From NCBI GenBank assembly GCA_021786105.1, contig JAJYNW010000026.1, positions 25,072-89,071 of the forward strand: 64,000 nt of DNA, read 5' to 3'. The stretch's first letter is position 1, and the number at the start of each line of letters is the position of its first letter. The notes under the pieces were generated by a model. That model made no database searches, was not told the origin of the DNA, and saw only the letters and a list, made by a program, of their open reading frames with translations. Below, piece after piece: positions 46,618 to 56,427 of the stretch. This DNA is from a bacterium. Lineage in GTDB: Bacteria > Patescibacteriota > Microgenomatia > Daviesbacterales > UBA10151. A program made the translations under genes and the position numbers.

Positions 46618-47208
46618 ATGGACAATATCAAACCTCAAGCCAATGTGTGGTTTGTCGCTGCCTGGTTTGGCACGGCGACAACTGCTTTAATATTCTCCTT
46701 AATATTTAGTTTTTATCTGTCAAGCGTAAGAATCATTAAACCAACGGTTCAAAACTTTAACTTGTATGCAGCATTACCCAAAACAGAAGTTTCCGTTTCA
46801 GATGATGTTAACTATGTCGACGCCCGGGCTAAAATAGTCGAAGACTTCTTCAGCGGCTATAATTCGCCGCTGTCCGCTTACGGTAATACTTTTATTCAGG
46901 TAGCGGACAAATATCAGCTCGATTGGCGGCTTCTGCCTTCAATTGCCATGCAGGAATCCAATGGCGGAAAAAGAGTGATAAAACAATCGTACAACCCTTT
47001 TGGATATGGAATTTACGGCAGCTTAGTGGTCAGATTCCAGTCATGGGATGAGGCAATCGAAAGAGTCGGAAAGGCCCTAAGGGAAGATTATTTGAACCAG
47101 GGATTAAAAACTCCATATCAAATTATGGCCAAATACACCCCGCCGTCCCTGGCTAAAGATGGTGCCTGGGCCAAAGGTGTTTCCTCCTTTATAGGAGAGC
47201 TGCAATAG
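46618..47208 (+). CDS. Glucosaminidase/lysozyme-like protein
   Basis: LDWRLLPSIAMQES-GG, NPFGYG. Confidence 0.75.
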   Translation: MDNIKPQANVWFVAAWFGTATTALIFSLIFSFYLSSVRIIKPTVQNFNLYAALPKTEVSVSDDVNYVDARAKIVEDFFSGYNSPLSAYGNTFIQVADKYQLDWRLLPSIAMQESNGGKRVIKQSYNPFGYGIYGSLVVRFQSWDEAIERVGKALREDYLNQGLKTPYQIMAKYTPPSLAKDGAWAKGVSSFIGELQ

Positions 47209-47295
47209 CCTTTAATTGGCTTCTAAACTTGACTTCTGCCGCTATTTCTGATAAACTATCGGCTTCAATCCTGACCTTGGTGTCAGGATTTTTTT

Positions 47296-47901
47296 ATGGC
47301 TATAAAAGCAAAAGTTCTAATTTTCCTTTTGTTGGTCATTCCTATCTTGCTGCCTGTCAAACAAGCAACGGCAGAAAAACCTGTGGCAAAATCCTCGAAT
47401 ACCCAAGTAACTCAAATTGAAGCCAAAAAAATCGATAAACAGGCAGAAATTTTATCCAGCTATCTAGCTGAATTTGACTCACCTTTGCAATATCATGCCC
47501 AAGACTTTATCGATGCTTCCAATACTTATAAATTAGACTGGAAACTTCTTCCGGCCATTGCCGGAGTCGAATCTACATTTGGTAAGCAAATCCCCGGAGG
47601 ATTTAATGCTTGGGGTTGGGGTGTGTATGGTACGCAAGCTATTTATTTTAATTCCTGGAGGGATGGAATTTTTACTATTGCCAAAGGACTACGGGAAAAT
47701 TATTTGGATAAAGGATTTACTGATCCCTATTCTATAAACAGAATTTATGCAGCTTCTCCTTACTGGGGAGGAAGAGTTTCTTATTTTATGCAAGATCTGG
47801 AAAATTTCGCCGCTAAATTTGAAGCTGAAAAGCAACAAGCCGCCCAGGTAGGACAATCGCCTAATATTGCAGCCATTTCCGGCCAATTGGCCTTAAGGTA
47901 A
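47296..47901 (+). CDS. Glucosaminidase/lysozyme-like secreted protein (paralogue)
   Basis: LDWKLLPAIAGVESTFG, NAWGWG. Confidence 0.75.
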   Translation: MAIKAKVLIFLLLVIPILLPVKQATAEKPVAKSSNTQVTQIEAKKIDKQAEILSSYLAEFDSPLQYHAQDFIDASNTYKLDWKLLPAIAGVESTFGKQIPGGFNAWGWGVYGTQAIYFNSWRDGIFTIAKGLRENYLDKGFTDPYSINRIYAASPYWGGRVSYFMQDLENFAAKFEAEKQQAAQVGQSPNIAAISGQLALR

Positions 47902-47922
47902 GGTAGGGTATATAATTTCTTC

Positions 47923-49284
47923 ATGCGTCTAGCTATTGCAATTTTATTGGGCAAACTAATTGCTTATTTTACGAGACTTTTCAAAATTGGGGGTGGTTCA
48001 GCTGCACCAGGTTTGTATGCTTTAAAAGTTCATCCTGAGTTAGTAACAAGCTTAAGCCGGCATATTCCCAAAAATGTGGTTATAACCGGTACTAACGGCA
48101 AAACAACCACTGCCAAAATATTGGCTCATTTTGCCACATCCACCGGGTTAAAAGTTATCAGAAACCACACCGGCTCAAACCTGGAAAGAGGCATTGCATC
48201 CGCCTTAATTTCGTGCTTCAACCTGAAAGGTTGCAAGCTAAATTATGATTTAGGAGTTTGGGAATTGGATGAGGCAGCTTTTAATACAGTTGCACCCAAG
48301 CTGAAACCCGACATTATTATTTTCCTAAATGTATTTCGGGATCAATTGGACAGATATGGCGAAATCGACACCGTGGTACAAAAATGGTGCCAGACACTAA
48401 AAAATTTACCTGCCGAAACTTTAGTTTTAATAAATGGTGATGATGCCAATATTGCCAAATTAGCCAATTGTTTTAAAGGAAAAGTACAAAAGTTTGGTGC
48501 CAAGGACTTCAAGATTGCCGGAGAATCAATCACGCGCGCCAAAGAGCAAGAAAATCTGGACTTCGAAGCTAAAAATATTGTATTAAATGGCCTAGACGGA
48601 AGTAAATTTGAAATAACCGCAAACAAAAAATCTTACCCTTTAAATCTTCCCTTACCTGGTCTCTATCATATTTATGATGCTTTGGCAGCCTTTGCTGGCG
48701 GTTGTTTGCTGAATTTACCAATCCAACAACTAGCTGAAACTCTAAAAGATTACTCTCCGGCTTTTGGCCGGGTAGAAAAATTTAGTCTAAACCCTACGTC
48801 TCATCGCACTCCTACCTCCGAGGTAGGATATATCTTCCTAATTAAAAATCCGGCCGGAGCTACCCAGGTTTTTGAAACTGTTGCCCCAAATATTAAACTA
48901 GACGACAGACTGTTTTTGGCTTTAAATGATAATTTGGCAGACGGAACAGATATCTCCTGGATTTGGGACGCCAAATTTGAAAAACTAACCAGTAATCGTC
49001 ATCCTGAACTCATTTCAGGATCTAAAAAGATGCCGAAACAAGTTCGACATGACATGATAGTTTCAGGCACACGAGCACATGATTTAGCATTAAGACTAAA
49101 ATATGCCGGGATTGATCCCAAAACAATTATCTTAGAACCGAATCTACAGAAAGCCTTTAAAGAGGCTAGGATAGGCTTAAAAGGTCACTTGTTCATTTTA
49201 CCTACCTATACTGCCATGCTGGAATTACAGTCTATTCTTGCAAAGTCTGGTTTAAAGAAACAATACTGGGAGGAGGGGAATTAA
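47923..49284 (+). CDS. murT: Lipid II amidotransferase Mur-ligase subunit
   Basis: TGTNGKTTT, FRDQLDRYGE, KNPAG, DG-D-SWIWD, PTYTAML. Confidence 0.92.
   Translation: MRLAIAILLGKLIAYFTRLFKIGGGSAAPGLYALKVHPELVTSLSRHIPKNVVITGTNGKTTTAKILAHFATSTGLKVIRNHTGSNLERGIASALISCFNLKGCKLNYDLGVWELDEAAFNTVAPKLKPDIIIFLNVFRDQLDRYGEIDTVVQKWCQTLKNLPAETLVLINGDDANIAKLANCFKGKVQKFGAKDFKIAGESITRAKEQENLDFEAKNIVLNGLDGSKFEITANKKSYPLNLPLPGLYHIYDALAAFAGGCLLNLPIQQLAETLKDYSPAFGRVEKFSLNPTSHRTPTSEVGYIFLIKNPAGATQVFETVAPNIKLDDRLFLALNDNLADGTDISWIWDAKFEKLTSNRHPELISGSKKMPKQVRHDMIVSGTRAHDLALRLKYAGIDPKTIILEPNLQKAFKEARIGLKGHLFILPTYTAMLELQSILAKSGLKKQYWEEGN
48998..49053. repeat. REP-like palindrome inside murT
   Basis: GTCATCCTGAAC...TTCAGGATCT...GTTCGACATGAC. 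Confidence 0.75.
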
Positions 49285-49330
49285 TAGATAATAGTTTATG
49301 CTTTATTCTATTAACAATGAACAATTAACT

Positions 49331-50053
49331 ATGAAATTAATAATCGGCTATTTATATGGTGATTTAATGAATATTTACGGTGACAGCGGCAATATTATTG
49401 CCTTGAAAAAACGGGCCGAGTGGAGAGGAATAGAGGTTGAAATCAGGAATATTTCCATTAAGGATAAGCTTGAAAAAGGCGATGCAGATATCTTTTTCTT
49501 CGGTGGAGGACAAGACCAGGCCCAGGAATTAGTTTCAGGGGATTTAATATCGAGCGGCAAAGAAAAAATTATCAAGTCAGAAGCTGAGAGAGGAGTACCC
49601 TTGCTGGCAATTTGCGGAGGGTATCAGTTATTGGGTGAATATTACCAACCTCACAACGGCCCAAAGCTTTTAGGCATCAGTTTGTTTCCCGCTTATACTT
49701 TAGCCAGCTTTGACCGGATGATTGGTAATTTAGTCATTGATTCCATGTTTGGCCCTTTGGTGGGATTCGAAAACCATTCCGGCAAAACTTACCTGAAAAA
49801 GGAAGCTACGCCGCTCGGTATGGTCAAAAAAGGGTTTGGTAACAATGGAATCAGTAAAGCTGAAGGCTGTATTTATAAAAATGCCGTGGGCTGTTACATG
49901 CACGGCTCACTTTTGCCCAAAAACCCCAAACTGGCTGACTGGCTTCTGCAAAAAGCTTTGGAATTAAAATATGGCAAAAAAATCGAATTGAAGCCTTTAG
50001 ATGACTCTTTGGAGTTTCAAGCCCATAATACCGCTGTTAAACGATTCAGCTAA
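49331..50053 (+). CDS. gatD: Glutamine amidotransferase subunit
   Basis: MNIYGD-GN, GGGQD, ICGGYQLLG, GFENH, HGSLLPKNP. Confidence 0.92.
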   Translation: MKLIIGYLYGDLMNIYGDSGNIIALKKRAEWRGIEVEIRNISIKDKLEKGDADIFFFGGGQDQAQELVSGDLISSGKEKIIKSEAERGVPLLAICGGYQLLGEYYQPHNGPKLLGISLFPAYTLASFDRMIGNLVIDSMFGPLVGFENHSGKTYLKKEATPLGMVKKGFGNNGISKAEGCIYKNAVGCYMHGSLLPKNPKLADWLLQKALELKYGKKIELKPLDDSLEFQAHNTAVKRFS

Positions 50054-50054
50054 A

Positions 50055-50139
50055 GGTGCCCAGGAGAGGAGTTGAACCTCCACGCCCTTACGAGCAATAG
50101 GTCCTAAACCTATCGTGTATGCCATTTCACCACCTGGGC
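50055..50139 (-). tRNA. tRNA-Leu(TAG)
   Basis: Cloverleaf with long variable arm. Confidence 0.93.
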
Positions 50140-50319
50140 ATAGCGCTATTTTACCACTTTCTTGCCTATTTCTAACACCTGTTTTATAACTATCGTACAT
50201 CCGTTTGCAAGAATAGTTGGTGCGATAGTTACATAACAATCGTCACATTAGTTTATATTTTAAAAACGATTGTTTTATTTGACTTCTAGCCATAAAGTTG
50301 TAGAATATGCTCGTTTAAT

Positions 50320-50586
50320 ATGAACAAGTCAGTATTAGATCCTATTTCACCTACTAAACCGAGGGAAACAGCTCCTGTTTACCCGATTCCGGAAACACCA
50401 GAACATACGACAAACCCTAATCCTCCTGTAACAGCAGGAACCATAAATTTCCAAAATCATAGTACACCAAAAATTGGCGAACGATCACTCGATGAGTTAA
50501 GAAAATTCCTTAAAACTGCAACCAATAATCAAACTCCAGTCGGTGTAGAGGGACTAATCCTTGAACCCGAATCACAGCAAAAATAG
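50320..50586 (+). CDS. Hypothetical Pro-rich protein
   Basis: ORF downstream of TTGACT...TAGAAT promoter-like sequence. Confidence 0.5.
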   Translation: MNKSVLDPISPTKPRETAPVYPIPETPEHTTNPNPPVTAGTINFQNHSTPKIGERSLDELRKFLKTATNNQTPVGVEGLILEPESQQK

Positions 50587-50611
50587 CTTAAACGGTGTAA
50601 AATATACTGCC

Positions 50612-51259
50612 ATGAACACTTTCGGTAGTACAAAAAACAAAATTAATCCCAGGAATATTTTAGGAGGAATTCCGGATCTATTTGATGAAGCTGATTTTGA
50701 AAGAGAAACTTCCATTGTTTCTACTATTGCTTCCACTGTAAAAGATCTGGCAGGTGGAGTTTATGAAGCAACTTCTGATTTAAGTCAAACAGTGATCATC
50801 GCTGAATCCAAAACCGAATCAAATGGAGCTGAAAAATTTCCTTCAAAAGGTTCAATTGAATTCAATAAACAGGTGCAGACTGAGCAAAAACAAAAGACTG
50901 AAGCAGAAAGAAAGAAGGCTTTCTTCCAGGCTTTAAAAGAAGATAAAGACAGAGCTCAAAGAGCCAAAGACAAATTGCTGTTTGAAGAAGAAATAAACGA
51001 CATTATGACTAATTTACCCACTGAGCAAAAGAACCAGTTACTGCACTACCAAGTCAGTTATAAGGACAGAAGTATTTATCAACGGGCAGAACTGCGAAAG
51101 AAATTAATTGAAGAACGGAAAAAAGCGGACAAGCAACAAAAAGAGACTTCCATCCCTAACCCAGCCAAGCAACCCAGTGCCATGGAGGGCGCTTTTGAAG
51201 GTGGCAGCGGCACCCAGGGCGGCGGCACCGCCAATCTTTCAGCCCAGGCTGTAGGCTAA
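50612..51259 (+). CDS. Hypothetical coiled-coil protein
   Basis: Long charged helical ORF. Confidence 0.65.
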   Translation: MNTFGSTKNKINPRNILGGIPDLFDEADFERETSIVSTIASTVKDLAGGVYEATSDLSQTVIIAESKTESNGAEKFPSKGSIEFNKQVQTEQKQKTEAERKKAFFQALKEDKDRAQRAKDKLLFEEEINDIMTNLPTEQKNQLLHYQVSYKDRSIYQRAELRKKLIEERKKADKQQKETSIPNPAKQPSAMEGAFEGGSGTQGGGTANLSAQAVG

Positions 51260-51276
51260 AATCTGGAATCTTTTAT

Positions 51277-51306
51277 AGAAAATAGCTCTTAAGAAAATAG
51301 CTCTTA
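51277..51306. repeat. Tandem 15-bp direct repeat
   Basis: AGAAAATAGCTCTTA x2 upstream of the HAD gene. Confidence 0.8.
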
Positions 51307-51328
51307 TTAAATTTGCTACAATATTCTC

Positions 51329-52552
51329 ATGGAACAAGACCGCATCTACGAAAATAGAGATGGACAAATTAATCCTTTCCGCGGATCAGAGTTTGAGAGG
51401 ATGATGATAGCACAGGATCAATTAAATATTCCTAGAACCGCTCTTTTTTTTGATATCGACAAAACATTTAGGATGAAAGGGGATGTTTTAAACGATGTTT
51501 CCAGAAAACTTGCTGTTACAGCCTGGGAGGCTAATATTCCAATCGTTGCTGTGACTGGCGTTCCTTTTCATATTGATAGAACTGCAGAGTTTAATCCAGT
51601 CTTTAATTCTGTTGAAGAAAGAATCGCAAAAGGAGACTTGCCTTATTTTCCAGTTATATATACAGATGCCGGAACAAGAAGATGGATTCTAAATATTGAC
51701 CAAGCGACTGGTAAAAGACATTACCTTGAAGATAAGGTATATAAACAAAAGCTTATCGATCAGGGGTTTGAAAGAACAGAAATAGTTAGCCAATTAAATA
51801 CACTAATAAATGTATCTGAAGATTTTAAAAAGGTTAATTTTAGATTCCAAAGACCCGAAGACGAACAAACATTTCTTAATGGTCAAGAAACTCCAGAACC
51901 TTTCAAGGTCAGCGGCTATTTCAACACAGCATCTTCCGACCAAGCCTTAAAAATGCAGAATCTGCTACAACAGATGTATCCAAATTTAAGAGTGGCTGTT
52001 GGAATAGATATGAATGATTCCTCAAATACTACATATTGGGCCGATATTCTGCCTATAGACAAACACGAAGCACTGTATGAACTACGCCAATTTTTTGGGA
52101 TTAAAATAGCAATAAGAGCTGGTGATAGTCCAAACGATAAAAGTATGTTAATAGAAGATGTAAATCTTAAGGACCGCCCTGATTTATTAAAAGGAGCTGT
52201 AGATATAGCAATACTTGTCGGGGGAGCAGAAAATTCTGTAAAAGAAGAAATTGAAAATGCAATTGATATATCAAATAAAGGAAAGAGAAAAACTGGCAGT
52301 TATGAAATAACGACTTTAGAGGATGAAAGAAAAAAACTTTTTTACAGAGAGACGGCTCACAGTAAGAGATTAGGACCAGAAAGCATAGTGAGAGGATTGC
52401 AGATATTTTTAAGGAAAGCCAGAAGAGATCAGTCGAAAGACGCTGGAAATGAAAATAATGAAAAACTATATGCTGTAATTGAAGCTTTGATTGAGAAACT
52501 CAAAAATCCTAGATACTCACTTGATGCTGAGAAGAAGATATACGAGAAATAA
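51329..52552 (+). CDS. HAD-superfamily (IIB-like) hydrolase
   Basis: FFDIDKTF, VTG, K, AGDSPND motifs. Confidence 0.8.
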   Translation: MEQDRIYENRDGQINPFRGSEFERMMIAQDQLNIPRTALFFDIDKTFRMKGDVLNDVSRKLAVTAWEANIPIVAVTGVPFHIDRTAEFNPVFNSVEERIAKGDLPYFPVIYTDAGTRRWILNIDQATGKRHYLEDKVYKQKLIDQGFERTEIVSQLNTLINVSEDFKKVNFRFQRPEDEQTFLNGQETPEPFKVSGYFNTASSDQALKMQNLLQQMYPNLRVAVGIDMNDSSNTTYWADILPIDKHEALYELRQFFGIKIAIRAGDSPNDKSMLIEDVNLKDRPDLLKGAVDIAILVGGAENSVKEEIENAIDISNKGKRKTGSYEITTLEDERKKLFYRETAHSKRLGPESIVRGLQIFLRKARRDQSKDAGNENNEKLYAVIEALIEKLKNPRYSLDAEKKIYEK

Positions 52553-52831
52553 CTTATCAAAAAATTCAATATTAATATTGATAAAATTAAATGCTCCCTT
52601 CATTTGCGAGCTGACCAAAATCCGGAAAAGCTTAAAAGATATTGGTCAAAACAACTCAAGCTACCTTTAATTAATTTCAGATCTCCAAGTATCGATCAAC
52701 GGACTGCTGGTAGTCCTACTTACAATTCATATCATGGAGTTTGTGTGGTCCAATGTGGTAACATTGCAATACAACGCAGGTTGCTTTTTCTAAGCAGAAA
52801 ATTCTGCACAAAAATAATTAAGAGCGGTTAG
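52553..52831 (+). pseudogene. C-terminal remnant of a LAGLIDADG-like endonuclease
   Basis: LHLRADQN----KRYWS--L--P...Y-GVC pattern; stop lies inside the tRNA-Val 5' end. Confidence 0.5.
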
Positions 52832-52895
52832 CTCAGTTGGCTAGAGCGCAGCATTGACATTGCTGAGGTCGCCGGTTCAAATCCAGCACCGCTCA
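52822..52895 (+). tRNA. tRNA-Val(GAC)
   Basis: Cloverleaf, CAGCA-TT-GAC-AT-TGCTG; one T-stem mismatch. Confidence 0.92.
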
Positions 52896-52913
52896 CATTA
52901 TGTTAATATATTT

Positions 52914-53129
52914 ATGACTCCGCAGATTGAAAAGCACTTAACCGCCAATATGAATCTTAAGAAAAGACAAATTATTTTTGCTAATTTTTTAGGTGGTCTG
53001 GCCTGGGGACTAGGCACGGTAATTGGAGCCACCATTATTGCTGCCATTGTGATTGCAATTTTACGATTTTTCAATTTTATTCCGGGTTTAAGTCAAATAC
53101 TGGAAGCGCTACCAAAATCTCCCCGGTAA
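52914..53129 (+). CDS. Small membrane protein (DUF5665-like)
   Basis: NFLGGLAWGLGTVIGAT. Confidence 0.7.
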   Translation: MTPQIEKHLTANMNLKKRQIIFANFLGGLAWGLGTVIGATIIAAIVIAILRFFNFIPGLSQILEALPKSPR

Positions 53130-53172
53130 TTTGACTTTACATTTTAAAGTAATATTGTTATATAATTAACTT

Positions 53173-53306
53173 AGTGGCATCGAGAAAGACTCACCAACTT
53201 TGGAGCCATTCGCCTGATTTACGTTAAAAATCAAAGAGTATAATTTAGGGTGGAACCGCCAACTTTGGCCCCTAAATCCAGTAAAACTGGAGGAGGGGCT
53301 TTTTTT
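53173..53306 (+). promoter_or_regulatory. T-box leader (Thr) with very short stem I and terminator
   Basis: AATTTAGGGTGGAACCGC at 53242-53259; ACC in stem-I loop; GCCCCT/AGGGGC hairpin plus T7. Confidence 0.8.
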
Positions 53307-55070
53307 ATGGACAAACAGCAATATTTAAACAATTTAAGGCATTCCTGTGCCCACCTTTTGGCAGCAGCAGTAACAGAGCTTTGGCCTGATACCAAACCGA
53401 CCATTGGTCCGGCAATTGAAAATGGCTTTTATTACGATTTTGACTTCTCCCAAAGTTTAAAACGGGCTTTATCTGAAGAGGATCTGCCAATAATTGAAGA
53501 AAAAATGCGGCAGCTCCTTCCTTCCTGGGACCACTTTGAAAAAAGAGAGGTATCTCCGGAGGAAGCTAAAGAAATCTTTAAAGATAATCCATATAAATTA
53601 GAGCTTATTGATGAAATTGTTGCCAAGAACGAACCAATCACACTTTACAAAGCGGGAAATTTTGAAGATCTTTGCCGGGGAGGGCATGCGGAAAGTCCTG
53701 TAACAGAAATCGGCGCATTAAAGCTTTTATCCATTGCCGGAGCTTATTGGAGAGGTTCAGAAAAAAACAAAATGCTAACCAGGATTTACGGAACTTGTTT
53801 TCCAACCCAGCAAGAGCTGGACAATTACCTAAACCAGCTTGAAGAAGCAAAAAAGAAAGACCATAGAAAAATCGGTCAGGATTTGGGGCTATTTGTTTTT
53901 TCGGATTTAGTCGGAAAAGGGTTGCCACTTTTTACCGCCAAAGGTGCCACCGTCAGACGGGAACTTGAACGCTTTGCTGTTGACGAAGAAATCAAAAGAG
54001 GCTACCAACACGTAATCACACCGCCTTTGGCTAAAGTAGATTTATATAAAGTCTCAGGCCATTATCCTTATTACAAAGGTACTATGTATCCGCCAATGAA
54101 AATTGATGAGGAAGAATTAATACTTAGGCCGATGACTTGTCCGCACCATTTCATGTTATATAAATCCCAAATGCGAAGTTACAAGGATTTACCTTTGAAG
54201 ATTGCAGAAGTAGCCCAACAATTCCGCTATGAAAAAAGTGGGGAACTCAGTGGGCTGACTAGAGTTAGAGTATTTGCTTTAACCGATTCCCATATTTTCT
54301 GCATCCCTAATCAGGCAAAACAAGTCATTCTGGAAGTTTTAGATTTAATTGACTTTGCAAATAGCAAGTTAGGTTTTGTAAAAGGACAGGATTACCGCTA
54401 TAGATTATCATTAGGCGACAGAAAAGAAGAAAAGAAATATTACAAGGATGACGCAGCTTGGGATAAAGCGGAAAACATTCTGCGTGAAGTATTAACGGAA
54501 GCAAAAGCGCCATTTTATGAAGCTCCAAATGAAGCAGCTTTTTACGGACCAAAGATTGATGTCCAAATCAAAAATGTCAGCGGCAAAGAAGAAACTGCTT
54601 TCACTGTTCAATATGATTTTGTTTTGCCCCAAAGATTTCATCTTAAATATATAGATGAGGACGGAAAAGAAAAACAACCCATTGTGATTCACCGGTCTTC
54701 CATCGGAGCTATTGAAAGAACTATGGCCTTCCTGATTGAAAAATATGGCGGAGCTTTTCCAGTCTGGTTATCACCAGTTCAAGTACAAATTATACCCATT
54801 GCCGATCGGCATCAGGATTATGGACAAAAAGTACTCGAACAACTAAAGTCTGCAAATATCAAGGCAGAGATTGATAAAAGACAAGAATCCATGCAAGCCA
54901 AAATCCGGGACGCCCAGAACCAAAAAATTCCTTACATGATTATTGTTGGCGACCGCGAGCAAAATGAAAATAAAATTGCCGTAAGAACCAGAGCCGGTCA
55001 AGACCTTGGCGTTTCATCAATAGAGGACTTTTTAACCCGGATAAATTCGGAGATTGAATCTAAAGCCTAA
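53307..55070 (+). CDS. thrS: Threonyl-tRNA synthetase (no TGS domain)
   Basis: RHSCAH, DLCRGGH, DHRKIG, RPMTCP, FYGPKID. Confidence 0.97.
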   Translation: MDKQQYLNNLRHSCAHLLAAAVTELWPDTKPTIGPAIENGFYYDFDFSQSLKRALSEEDLPIIEEKMRQLLPSWDHFEKREVSPEEAKEIFKDNPYKLELIDEIVAKNEPITLYKAGNFEDLCRGGHAESPVTEIGALKLLSIAGAYWRGSEKNKMLTRIYGTCFPTQQELDNYLNQLEEAKKKDHRKIGQDLGLFVFSDLVGKGLPLFTAKGATVRRELERFAVDEEIKRGYQHVITPPLAKVDLYKVSGHYPYYKGTMYPPMKIDEEELILRPMTCPHHFMLYKSQMRSYKDLPLKIAEVAQQFRYEKSGELSGLTRVRVFALTDSHIFCIPNQAKQVILEVLDLIDFANSKLGFVKGQDYRYRLSLGDRKEEKKYYKDDAAWDKAENILREVLTEAKAPFYEAPNEAAFYGPKIDVQIKNVSGKEETAFTVQYDFVLPQRFHLKYIDEDGKEKQPIVIHRSSIGAIERTMAFLIEKYGGAFPVWLSPVQVQIIPIADRHQDYGQKVLEQLKSANIKAEIDKRQESMQAKIRDAQNQKIPYMIIVGDREQNENKIAVRTRAGQDLGVSSIEDFLTRINSEIESKA

Positions 55071-55118
55071 TTTATGTTAATATCTACCAAAGATCATATG
55101 ACAGAGGAGGCTCGTTAA

Positions 55119-55628
55119 CTGGCCAAGTTTTATCGTATTAATGAGCATATCCAAGCTGAAAAGCTTAGGGTAGTTGATTCCAAGGGGGAACAGGTTGGAG
55201 TCATACCTCGCGCCGAAGCTTTAGCAAAAGCCAGGGAATTAGGACAGGATCTAATAGAAATTGCCCCAAATGTAGATCCGCCTGTTGCCAAAATAGCTGA
55301 TTTTCAAAAATTCAGGTATGAGGAAAACAAAAAGGAACGAGCATCCCGGAAAGGTGCTTCAGCCGGAGAACTGAAAGAGCTATGGCTGTCACCCAGGATT
55401 GCTGAGCATGATCTTAAGGTCAGGTTGAACCGAACGGAAGAGTTTTTGAAAGAGGGTCATAAAGTCAAGCTGACTGTAAAGTTTAAAGGTAGGGAAATGG
55501 CTCACCAGGAAGTAGGCTACCAGGTTTTACAGGAAGCCTTAAGCTTTTTGGGAGACAAGGTTAGTGTTGAAAAAGAACCTAAAATGGAAGGAAGAAAACT
55601 GTCCATGATTGTTGGAAAAGGTCACTAA
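55119..55628 (+). CDS. infC: Translation initiation factor IF-3, CTG start
   Basis: RBS GAGGAGG, then CTG-AKFYRINEHI...LRVVD...PPVAKI...GHKVK. Confidence 0.92.
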   Translation: MAKFYRINEHIQAEKLRVVDSKGEQVGVIPRAEALAKARELGQDLIEIAPNVDPPVAKIADFQKFRYEENKKERASRKGASAGELKELWLSPRIAEHDLKVRLNRTEEFLKEGHKVKLTVKFKGREMAHQEVGYQVLQEALSFLGDKVSVEKEPKMEGRKLSMIVGKGH

Positions 55629-55633
55629 TTTAT

Positions 55634-55831
55634 ATGCCAAAACAAAAGACTAATAAATCAGTATTAAAACGTGTTAAAGTTACCTCAAAGGGTAAAATTT
55701 TGCGTAAGCATCAATTTGGTTCAGGACACTTAAAAAGGCACAAAAGTAAAGGTGCTTTAAATCGGCAAAAGAAAACCATTACCTTTTTCAAAGGAGAAGC
55801 CAGAAAGCTTAGAAAGATAATCGGGCTTTAA
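55634..55831 (+). CDS. rpmI: Ribosomal protein bL35
   Basis: MPKQKT-KS--KR-KVT--GK. Confidence 0.95.
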   Translation: MPKQKTNKSVLKRVKVTSKGKILRKHQFGSGHLKRHKSKGALNRQKKTITFFKGEARKLRKIIGL

Positions 55832-55974
55832 AAATTTTATGGGTAAAGAAACTCGGAATTTTAGACAAACAGGAAGAGCGCGGGCGGTTAATACCTCGGC
55901 CAGAAATTACGCCGGGATTAACCGGGCCGGATATTTTGGGAAAATAATTAATTTCTTCAAAAAAGGAGGTTACT

Positions 55975-56322
55975 ATGGCAAGAGTTAAAAGAGGTCTTGT
56001 TGCACACAGAAAACATAAAAAAGTTTTAGAGTTAACTAAAGGCCACAGAGCCGGAAGAAGTAAGCTGGTCAAAGAAGCTAAATCTTCGCTTTTACATGCC
56101 GGAGCTTATGCTTTTGCCGGCCGCAAGAATAGAAAACGGGATATGAGAAGACTTTGGATTATCCAGTTGGGAAATGCAGTCAGAAATGAAGGTTTAAGCT
56201 ATTCTAAATTTATAGCGGGGCTAAAATCCAAAAATATCACCATAGATAGAAAAATTTTGGCAGAATTGGCTGTTCACAATTTAGATGACTTTAAAAAAAT
56301 TGTTCAGCAAGTAACACAATAA
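55975..56322 (+). CDS. rplT: Ribosomal protein bL20
   Basis: MARVKRG...KRDMRRLWI...DRKILAELA. Confidence 0.97.
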   Translation: MARVKRGLVAHRKHKKVLELTKGHRAGRSKLVKEAKSSLLHAGAYAFAGRKNRKRDMRRLWIIQLGNAVRNEGLSYSKFIAGLKSKNITIDRKILAELAVHNLDDFKKIVQQVTQ

Positions 56323-56420
56323 TGTCATCCTGAGGCGATTAGCCGAAAGATCTCTAGGTTTATCCTGGATACCATGATACTTGCATTCGCAAGAGATTCT
56401 TCACTTCGTTCAGAATGACA
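56323..56420. repeat. Intergenic REP-like inverted doublet
   Basis: TGTCATCCTGAG...GATCTC / GAGATTC...CAGAATGACA. Confidence 0.8.
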
Positions 56421-56427
56421 GAGTAAT

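Noticed and set aside
53250-53306. GTG start of thrS
   Set aside because: Lies within the T-box and terminator; ATG 53307 fits better
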